A DNA stretch of 64,000 nt from Macrostomum hystrix (Eukaryota > Animalia > Platyhelminthes): positions 1,488,001 to 1,552,000 of the forward strand of contig CATNEN010000001.1 in assembly GCA_950097015.1 (NCBI GenBank). Reading direction: 5' to 3'. Positions 1-11,100 of the stretch are shown here, in pieces. Each line of letters starts with the position of its first letter. Position 1 is the first letter of the stretch. The notes under the pieces were generated by a model. The model was not told the origin of the DNA, did no database searches, and worked only from the letters and a program-made list of their open reading frames with translations. The position numbers and the translations under genes were made by a program.

Positions 1-769
1 TCAGAGGATCTGGGAGATTTTCTCTAAGGATCTGTGAGATTTTCTTTCAGGATCTTGGGATTTTTCCTGAGGTTCTGGGAAAGAAAATCTTGGTAACCAA
101 TGTAACTAGTTGGTTGCTATGGCACATTGGCACACACCAATCAGTCGCAGTTATTTTATAACAAACGAGAAAGAGTTTAGTTATATGCGAGTTTGACTAC
201 GCGTTCGAGTTACTAAATACAAGTGCTAATTGTAACCAGGAACGACATTTCGAGAAACAATAAGCAATCAGAAAATGTCCTTGGACACAAAAAGGAGCTG
301 TCAAATGTTTTGTTGTTTTTTTCTTTCTAAAAGTAGTCAATATTCGAACAAAAAAAACAAACAAACAAACAAACAAATCAAATCAACAATCGCAAAAACA
401 AACAAACAAAAACAGCAAACAACAATGACTGATATTATATAAAAGGATAGTTGATTTGATGACAGTTAACAGACAAGCAAAAACCGATTCTACTTCGTTT
501 GACAACTATTAAAGAAGCGAGACAAGTGTTAGAAAAGGCAAATACGAAAAATGAACAAGTTGCGATAAATGCTATAAAATAAAAAAATAGATTACAAATA
601 GATGTAATTGTATATTCGTATTAATTCGACTTCTAAATCTCGCAAATTAAAAGAATAGGCGAGGCATAACCAGAACTGCTAGCTTGAAATAGGCAGAACA
701 ATTTAAAAGTTGATATTGGTTTCAACAGTTTTATTCAAATTGACTAGCAGAACAATAGCAGTTTCAGCT

Positions 770-1205
770 GGAATAGGGATTTGGAAATATTTGTAGCTAT
801 TAGTATATTCTAGTTTAAGGTAGAATGGGGATCTGGGAAGAATGGGAATTTAAGGTGGAGTAGGGATCTGGGAAGAATGGGAATTTAGAGTAGAATGGGG
901 ATCTGGGAAGAATGGGAATTTAAGGTGGAGTAGGGATATGGGAAGAATGGGAATTTAAGGTGGAATAGGGATTTGGGAAGAATGGGAAGTTAAGGTGGAA
1001 TAGGGATTTGGGAAGAATGGGAAGTTAAGGTGGAATAGGGATTTGGGAAGAATGGGAAGTTAAGGTGGAATAGGGATTTGGGAAGAATGGGAAGTTAAGG
1101 TGGAATAGGGATTTGGGAAGAATGGGAATTTAAGGTGGAATAGGGATTTGGGAAGATTGGGAATTGAAGGTAGAATGGGGATCTTGGAAGAATGGGAATT
1201 CACAT
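770..1205. repeat. 35-bp G-rich minisatellite (GGGAAGAATGGGAAGTTAAGGTGGAATAGGGATTT)
   Basis: Direct tandem copies, period 35; downstream of the Delta stop. Confidence 0.9.
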
Positions 1206-1759
1206 GGGGATTCGGGAAGATGGTTAATTTGAATATAATTTTTGGGATAAAATTAGGGAATAACTGTTGTATAAATATTATCCTCAGTTTAGATCCCATT
1301 CAAAAGAAAAATGTTTTACTTTAAATTGTAGAGCAATTATTTAAATTTTCTTTGTACACATTAAAACAGGGCTAGGCAAGCAGTAGGAAACACGAGAGGC
1401 CACGCAAAGGTAGGTGCAATTTTTAGACAACGAATATTCAATGAAGGATACATTTGGCGCTGACTGCACCTCTAGTAGCGCTGGTGACACTGACAAGGCT
1501 TTGTGGGGCTGGCTGATTTAGAAGGAATAAAAATGATGTTAATATTATTAACAATAACGCATTGAATCTCTCATTCAATGGGGATGGGTAACTTGAGGAT
1601 GAATTCTTATTGCACAAAAAGTGTTTCAGGGAGTACACGAACGAATGAAACAATTAATAGACAGTTGTCAATTGGTTTATGAGTAAATCATTCGCATCTT
1701 TGATTTAGCTGGACTCACTTCCTCTGGCTGTGCTTCTAGAAGGATAATTGATCACTTAG

Positions 1760-2005
1760 TAGGAGGGCGGAAACTGTGGGGTTTCAGCCTGAAAGGGGCG
1801 GAAACTGTAAGGCATCAGACTGTAAGAGGGGCGGAAGCTGTAAGGCATCAGACTGTAAGAGGGGCGGAAACTGTAAGGCATCAGACTGAAAGAGGGGCGG
1901 AAGCTGTAAGGCATCAGACTGTAAGAGGGGCGGAAGCTGTAAGGCATCAGACTGTAAGAGGGGCGGAAGATGTAAGGCATCAGCCTGTAAGAGGGGCGGA
2001 AACTA
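1760..2005. repeat. 33-bp minisatellite in the Delta 3' region (GTAAGAGGGGCGGAAACTGTAAGGCATCAGACT)
   Basis: ~7 tandem copies starting ~120 bp after the Delta stop. Confidence 0.9.
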
Positions 2006-2127
2006 ACAGGTTTCAGGCTATGTACTTGACGCAAAATTCAATGCACTTAGAAGCACACTCAGACTCGATAATCCAGCAAAGTTAATCCGCAGAATAGCGG
2101 TCGCAAACTAAGGTAAGAGGGAGAGGA

Positions 2128-5100
2128 TTAAACCTCGGTGTAGGCTACAACGTCAAACGGACAGCTGAACTGCTGCTGCAGCTGATGATGCTGGAGCAGC
2201 GGCAGAGACGACGGCGTAGGAGCAGGCGGCACGGATGCTGTTCTCAACAGCAGCTGTCTAGTGGACGACTCCGGGTTGACGAATCGACCGCTGACTGTGG
2301 CCAGAGCAGGCGAGGGCATTGGCAAATCGACCACTAAAGGAGAATTCGACAATTTGTCGACATTTTTTAGCGTCGGCGAAAGCGAAGCACCTGATGGTGT
2401 GCGAACACCGCTGGAAATATTTTGGGGGAGAATCTGAATTGGGATTTGAATTGGACAGGAAGACGGGATTTGGTTTAGACTTTACATCCCAAACCAACGC
2501 TACATCTACTCAGCTAAGATCTCCAACCTACTCATACTCAGCTGAGATCTCCCACCTACTCATACTCAGCTGAGATCTCCCACCTACTCATACTCCGCTT
2601 AGATCTCCCACCTACTCATACTCCGCTTAGATCTCCCACCTACTCATACTCAGCTGAGATCTCCCACCTACTCATACTCAGCTAAGATCTCCCACCTACT
2701 CATACTCCGCTTAGATCTCCCACCTACTCATACTCCGCTTAGATCTCCCACCTACTCATACTCCGCTTAGATCTCCCACCTACTCATACTCCGCTTAGAT
2801 CTCCCACCTACTCATACTCCGCTTAGATCTCCCACCTACTCATACTCCGCTTAGATCTCCCACCTACTCATACTCAGCTGAGATCTCCCACCTACTCATA
2901 CTCAGCTGAGATCTCCCACCTACTCATACTCAGCTGAGATCTCCCACCTACTCATACTCAGCTAAGATCTCCCACCTACTCATACTCCGCTTAGATCTCC
3001 CACCTACTCATACTCCGCTTAGATCTCCCACCTACTCATACTCAGCTGAGATCTCCCACCTACTCATACTCAGCTGAGATCTCCCACCTACTCATACTCA
3101 GCTAAGATCTCCCACCTACTCATACTCCGCTTAGATCTCCCACCTACTCATACTCCGCTTAGATCTCCCCCCTACTCATACTCCGCTTAGATCTCCCACC
3201 TACTCATACTCCGCTTAGATCTCCCACCTACTCATACTCAGCTGAGATCTCCCACCTACTCATACTCAGCTGAGATCTCCCACCTACTCATACTCCGCTT
3301 AGATCTCCCACCTACTCATACTCCGCTTAGATCTCCCACCTACTCATACTCAGCTGAGATCTCCCACCTACTCATACTCCGCTTAGATCTCCCACCTACT
3401 CATACTCCGCTTAGATCTCCCACCTACTCATACTCCGCTTAGATCTCCCACCTACTCATACTCCGCTTAGATCTCCCACCTACTCATACTCAGCTGAGAT
3501 CTCCCACCTACTCATACTCAGCTGAGATCTCCCACCTACTCATACTCCGCTTAGATCTCATTTACTCAGAAGAATCAGAGATGTTAACGACCCTGATTTA
3601 TAATCATTTTTGCTAATAAGTTTATATTTCTGTCGATCTCTTTAGGCATCTAAGGCGGTTTCCTAACTTTCAACTTACTACTTACATCATTTTTTCGTTG
3701 AACCCTGAGCTCCTAAGTGCAAAGGAACTATTTAAAAAAATCCCATTGACTCCAAAGCCGGACCTAAATCAGTTTCTCCTAGGTGTACAAATGAATGAAA
3801 ACTCATTCTGGATCGAGATGGGGAGTACGAGTAGGTTTGAAGAAAGTCTAACAATTTTGTTTTTTTTACAATAGAAAACTTTCTCTTTTTTTGAGGAATA
3901 CTTGTGGGAAAAGTCTAGCTTTTTAATAGAAAAAATTATCCCAACTTCAGTAGATTTTTGTGGATTGTTTAAACGGGATGAGAAACTCATTACTCCTTAC
4001 TTTGCGTCTCTTCGAGTGGATATTTTTCCAATGAGTTTTATAAAATAGCTTAACTTGCAACAATGGTGAATTCGCCTATTCTCTAAAAGTAAGGAGTACT
4101 TTAGAATCAATACGATGAGCGGACCAAGACTTTCGACTAATGATTATTTTCCTCAAAATGGGATTTAGTACAGTACATGGGATTTTAAAGTGGATATTAG
4201 TACAGTCCTCAAATTGAGATTGGGAGGCAGTAGATAGGAGATCTAGGGTGAGACTGGGATGCAGTAGATAGGAGATCTAGGGTGAGATTTGAGGGAAGTA
4301 GATAGGAGATCTAGGGTGAGATTGGGAGGCAGTAGATAGGAGATCTAGGGTGAGACTGGGAGGCAGTAGATAGGAGATCTAGGGCGAGATTTGGGGGGAA
4401 GTAGATAGGAGATCTAGGGTGAGACTTGGGGGGAAGTAGATAGGAGATCTAGGGCGAGACTTGGGGGGGAAGTAGATAGGAGATCTAGGGTGAGACTGGG
4501 AGGCAGTAGATAGGAGATCTGGGGTGAGATTGGGAGGCAGTAGATAGGAGATCAAGGGTGAGATTGGGAGGCAGTAGATAGGAGATCTAGGGTGAGATTG
4601 GGAGGCAGTAGATAGGAGATCTAGTGTGAGATTTGGGGGAAGTAGATAGGAGATCAAGGGTGAGATTGGGAGGCAGTAGATAGGAGATCTGGGGTGAGAT
4701 TGGGAGGCAGTAGATAGGAGATCAAGGGTGAGATTTGGAGGCAGTAGATAGGAGATCTAGGGTGAGATTTGGGGGAATTAGATAGGAGATCAAGGGTGAG
4801 ATTGGGAGGCAGTAGATAGAAGATCTGGGGTGAGATTGGGAGGCAGTAGATAGGAGATCTAGGGTGAGATTGGGAGGCAGTAGATAGGAGATCTAGGGTG
4901 AGATTTGGAGAGACTGGACGTTAAATTGTGAATAATGAAGCTGCAGAGAGAGACAAATATAATTAAGAAATAAAGTGGTCACAAGAAACTCACCTGCGAC
5001 TAGCAATGTCCAAATTGTTTACCTCGATGGCCTTGCGAGCAAAGTAGGCAATTTTCTCTTTGCCGGTCGAGTCAAGCGAGAAATTGTTGCGTATATTATT

Positions 5101-8100
5101 TCTAGTATTACTAGCGTCTTCCTCATCAATGTCCCTGGTCTTTGTAGTTTGAGATTGTTGCTGCTGCTGCTGTCTGTAGAACCGCCTCCGCCTACTACAA
5201 TAGGTAGCCAGTAGGCACAATGAAATGGCCGTCAAAGGTAGCAGGACACCGCAAGCGGCTAGCAGTGCTGTCGCTAAGATACCGCTGCCGCCTTTGCCTC
5301 TGGCTGCAACTTCGATTGTGTCGCCGGTAGCTGAATCTTTGTCAACGATTTCGCAATCTATTCCACTGAAACCCGGCCGACACCGGCATTCAAGGCCGTT
5401 GGCGCGGTCCTGACAGATGCCGCCGTTGCGACAACGGGAGCGACAGTCCAACAGGTTCACTCCACAGCGGGGGCCCTGATAGTGCGGCAGGCAGACGCAA
5501 TGAAACTTGTTCACCTGGTCAACGCACTGACCGCCTGGATACAGGAGCAAGGTGATGAAGAGTTAGCTTTTTAAGTCGGCTTTTAACACTGCTAAACTGT
5601 ATTATTAGGCTGGCTTTTAACACTACTTAACTGTATTTTTAGGCTGGCTTTTAACACTGCTCAACTGTATTTTTCGGTTGGCTTTTAACACTGCTCAACT
5701 GTATTTTTAGGTTGGCTTTTAACACTGCTCAACTGTCTTTCTAGGTTGGCTTTTAACACTGCTCAACTGTCTTTCTAGGCTGGCTTTTAACACTGCTCAA
5801 CTGTATTTTTAGGTTGGCTTTTAACACTGCTCATCTGTATTTTTAGGCTGGCTTTTAACACTGCTCATCTGTATTTTTAGGTTGGCTTTTAACACTGCTC
5901 AACTGTCTTTCTAGGTTGGCTTTTAACACTGCTCAACTGTCTTTCTAGGTTGGCTTTTAACACTGCTCAACTGTCTTTCTAGGTTGGCTTTTAACACTGC
6001 TCAACTGTATTTTTAAGCTGGCTTTTAACACTGCTCAACTGTGTTTTTAGGTTGGCTTTTAACACTGCTCAACTGTATTTTTAGGCTGGCTTTTAACACT
6101 GCTCAACTGTATTTTTAGGCTGGCTTTTAACACTGCTTAACTGTCTTTTTAGGCTGGCTTTTAACACTGCTCATCTGTATTTTTAGGCTGGCTTTTGACA
6201 CTGCTCAACTGTGTTTTTAGGTTGGCTTTTAACACTGCTCAACTGTATTTTTAGGCTGGCTTTTAACACTGCTCATCTGTATTTTTAGGCTGGCTTTTAA
6301 CACTGCTCATCTGTATTTTTAGGTAGGCTTTTAACACTGCTCAACTGTCTTTCTAGGTTGGCTTTTAACACTGCTCAACTGTCTTTCTAGGTTGGCTTTT
6401 AACACTGCTCAACTGTATTTTTAGGCTGGCTTTTAACACTGCTCAACTGTCTTTTTAGGTTGGCTTTTAACACTGCTCATCTGTATTTTTAGGCTGGCTT
6501 TTAACACTGCTCAACTGTCCTTTTAGGTTGGCTTTTAACACTGCTCATCTGTATTTTTAGGTTGGCTTTTAACACTGCTCAACTGTCTTTCTAGGTTGTG
6601 CTTTTAACACTGCTCAATTGTATTTTTAGGCTGGCTTTTAACACTGCTCAACTGTATTTTTAGGCTGGCTTTTAACACTGCTAAACTGTATTTTTAGGCT
6701 GGCTTTTAACACTGCTCATCTGTATTTTTAGGTTGGCTTTTAACACTGCTCAACTGTCTTTCTAGGTTGGCTTTTAACACTGCTCAACTGTCTTTCTAGG
6801 CTGGCTTTTAACACTGCTCAACTGTATTTTTAGGTTGGCTTTTAACACTGCTCATCTGTATTTTTAGGCTGGCTTTTAACACTGCTCATCTGTATTTTTA
6901 GGTTGGCTTTTAACACTGCTCATCTGTATTTTTAGGTTGGCTTTTAACACTGCTCAACTGTCTTTCTAGGTTGGCTTTTAACACTGCTCAACTGTATTTT
7001 TAGGCTGGCTTTTAACACTGCTCAACTGTGTTTTTAGGTTGGCTTTTAACACTGCTCAACTGTATTTTTAGGCTGGCTTTTAACACTGCTCATCTGTATT
7101 TTTAGGTTGGCTTTTAACACTGCTCATTTGTATTTTTAGGTTGGCTTTTAACACTGCTCATCTGTATTTTTAGGTTGGCTTTTGACACTGCTCAACTGTG
7201 TTTTTAGGTTGGCTTTTAACACTGCTCAACTGTATTTTTAGGCTGGCTTTTAACACTGCTCATCTGTATTTTTAGGCTGGCTTTTAACACTGCTCATCTG
7301 TATTTTTAGGTAGGCTTTTAACACTGCTCAACTGTCTTTCTAGGTTGGCTTTTAACACTGCTCAACTGTCTTTCTAGGTTGGCTTTTAACACTGCTCAAC
7401 TGTATTTTTAGGCTGGCTTTTAACACTGCTCAACTGTCTTTTTAGGTTGGCTTTTAACACTGCTCATCTGTATTTTTAGGCTGGCTTTTAACACTGCTCA
7501 ACTGTCCTTTTAGGTTGGCTTTTAACACTGCTCATCTGTATTTTTAGGTTGGCTTTTAACACTGCTCAACTGTCTTTCTAGGTTGTGCTTTTAACACTGC
7601 TCAATTGTATTTTTAGGCTGGCTTTTAACACTGCTCAACTGTATTTTTAGGCTGGCTTTTAACACTGCTAAACTGTATTTTTAGGCTGGCTTTTAACACT
7701 GCTCATCTGTATTTTTAGGTTGGCTTTTAACACTGCTCAACTGTCTTTCTAGGTTGGCTTTTAACACTGCTCAACTGTCTTTCTAGGCTGGCTTTTAACA
7801 CTGCTCATCTGTATTTTTAGGCTGGCTTTTAACACTGCTCAACTGTCCTTTTAGGTTGGCTTTTAACACTGCTCATCTGTATTTTTAGGTTGGCTTTTAA
7901 CACTGCTCAACTGTCTTTCTAGGTTGTGCTTTTAACACTGCTCAATTGTATTTTTAGGCTGGCTTTTAACACTGCTCAACTGTATTTTTAGGCTGGCTTT
8001 TAACACTGCTAAACTGTATTTTTAGGCTGGCTTTTAACACTGCTCATCTGTATTTTTAGGTTGGCTTTTAACACTGCTCAACTGTCTTTCTAGGTTGGCT

Positions 8101-11100
8101 TTTAACACTGCTCAACTGTCTTTCTAGGCTGGCTTTTAACACTGCTCAACTGTATTTTTAGGTTGGCTTTTAACACTGCTCATCTGTATTTTTAGGCTGG
8201 CTTTTAACACTGCTCATCTGTATTTTTAGGTTGGCTTTTAACACTGCTCATCTGTATTTTTAGGTTGGCTTTTAACACTGCTCAACTGTCTTTCTAGGTT
8301 GGCTTTTAACACTGCTCAACTGTATTTTTAGGCTGGCTTTTAACACTGCTCAACTGTGTTTTTAGGTTGGCTTTTAACACTGCTCAACTGTATTTTTAGG
8401 CTGGCTTTTAACACTGCTCATCTGTATTTTTAGGTTGGCTTTTAACACTGCTCATTTGTATTTTTAGGTTGGCTTTTAACACTGCTCATCTGTATTTTTA
8501 GGTTGGCTTTTGACACTGCTCAACTGTGTTTTTAGGTTGGCTTTTAACACTGCTCAACTGTATTTTTAGGCTGGCTTTTAACACTGCTCATCTGTATTTT
8601 TAGGCTGGCTTTTAACACTGCTCATCTGTATTTTTAGGTAGGCTTTTAACACTGCTCAACTGTCTTTCTAGGTTGGCTTTTAACACTGCTCAACTGTCTT
8701 TCTAGGTTGGCTTTTAACACTGCTCAACTGTATTTTTAGGCTGGCTTTTAACACTGCTCAACTGTCTTTTTAGGTTGGCTTTTAACACTGCTCATCTGTA
8801 TTTTTAGGCTGGCTTTTAACACTGCTCAACTGTCCTTTTAGGTTGGCTTTTAACACTGCTCATCTGTATTTTTAGGTTGGCTTTTAACACTGCTCAACTG
8901 TCTTTCTAGGTTGTGCTTTTAACACTGCTCAATTGTATTTTTAGGCTGGCTTTTAACACTGCTCAACTGTATTTTTAGGCTGGCTTTTAACACTGCTAAA
9001 CTGTATTTTTAGGCTGGCTTTTAACACTGCTCATCTGTATTTTTAGGTTGGCTTTTAACACTGCTCAACTGTCTTTCTAGGTTGGCTTTTAACACTGCTC
9101 AACTGTCTTTCTAGGCTGGCTTTTAACACTGCTCAACTGTATTTTTAGGTTGGCTTTTAACACTGCTCATCTGTATTTTTAGGCTGGCTTTTAACACTGC
9201 TCATCTGTATTTTTAGGTTGGCTTTTAACACTGCTCATCTGTATTTTTAGGTTGGCTTTTAACACTGCTCAACTGTCTTTCTAGGTTGGCTTTTAACACT
9301 GCTCAACTGTATTTTTAGGCTGGCTTTTAACACTGCTCAACTGTGTTTTTAGGTTGGCTTTTAACACTGCTCAACTGTATTTTTAGGCTGGCTTTTAACA
9401 CTGCTCATCTGTATTTTTAGGTTGGCTTTTAACACTGCTCATTTGTATTTTTAGGTTGGCTTTTAACACTGCTCATCTGTATTTTTAGGTTGGCTTTTAA
9501 CACTGCTCATCTGTATTTTTAGGCTGGCTTTTAACACTGCTCAACTGTATTTTTAGGTTGGCTTTTAACACTGCTCATCTGTATTTTTAGGTTGGCTTTT
9601 AACACTGCTCAACTGTCTTTCTAGGTTGGCTTTTAACACTGCTCAACTGTCTTTCTAGGCTGGCTTTTAACACTGCTCAACTGTATTTTTAGGTTGGCTT
9701 TTAACACTGCTCATCTGTATTTTTAGGCTGGCTTTTAACACTGCTCAACTGTCTTTCTAGGTTGGCTTTTAACACTGCTCAACTGTGTTTCTAGGTTGGC
9801 TTTTAACACTGCTCATCTGTATTTTTAGGCTGGCTTTTAACACTGCTCAACTGTCTTTTTAGGCTGGCTTTTAACACTGCTCATCTGTATTTTTAGGCTG
9901 GCTTTTAACACTGCTCAACTGTATTTTTAGGTTGGCTTTTAACACTGCTCATCTGTATTTTTAGGCTGGCTTTTAACACTGCTCATCTGTATTTTTAGGC
10001 TGGTTTTTAACACTGCTCAACTGTCTTTCTAGGTTGGCTTTTAACACTGCTCAACTGTCTTTCTAGGTTGGCTTACTCCTGGGAGTAGAGTGGCAGAGCG
10101 GTTAACACGTTTGCCTCTGGCACTAAGGTTTCTAAGCTCGATTCCTCGGCGAGGCCACTTGGGCCGCATCCGCGAAGAGAAGGCTTGGGGGCTTGTCGTG
10201 CAATTTACGCCCTTGAGAGCCTGACGATGAGAAATTCAGGGCAGATTACATCCTCTGTGTGAGCGTGTGCCTGCGTACAGTAACTGTGTGCGTATGTGCT
10301 CAGGAGTCAGCGAAATGAACAGAAAAGCCTCCTCGCTGCTGCAGGTGTCACCAAATGATGTGCCATTGCCCACAGGGCCGCAGCTCTTTTGTTTAAGTAT
10401 ATAGGTAAGATTTCGGCAAAACAAGGTTTAAAATAAATCCCTGTGGACAATGTGCGCATTTTGACATTGTAGCAATTTTTGCCTTGAGTTAATTATTATT
10501 TACAATAAGGCATAGTCTTAGGATGACTTTTTCGACCGTTTTTTGGATTCATATTTTATCTACTTTTAAATATTATAATGGAAGCAGCATTTTACATTGA
10601 ATAATCTTGTGCTCAAACCAGCAACTGCCTACATATGTAATTAATCTGCTATGCAAATTAATTAAGCGCGCGGTTAAAAGCAGGTGAGGATGCTCAGATG
10701 CTAATTAAGGAATTATGCTAATTAGTTGCGCCTCGCTATAAACTAGAATCGCGTTTCGCTGTCTTTTTGAACCTCATCTAATCCGAGATTTCCGCTGCTC
10801 ATTGTGCCATTCGCCTTACAACTCCAAACACGCCAAGCAACGGTTGCTAGGGCAACTCAATGAATTAGTAATCGCGACTGTGTAGGTTTTAGTCAGCGCT
10901 GTCGCATGGTAACAACGCGAAGCGTGCTAATCTAACAGTTTAGAGTGTCACTTTCTCTTCCTTTCTGCAAAGCTAGAGTCAGTTTCCGCGACAGTTATCT
11001 GTTTTCATGCCCCTCTGATGAAATTATATACGAAACTGACTTGCACAATAGACACACATGCAATTTGTCAGTGAGCTGCAATTCCACATCAGAAACTGTG

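Noticed and set aside
3903-3910. CSL/Su(H) site TGTGGGAA in Delta intron 8
   Set aside because: A single 8-mer is expected by chance in 64 kb; no paired-site arrangement.
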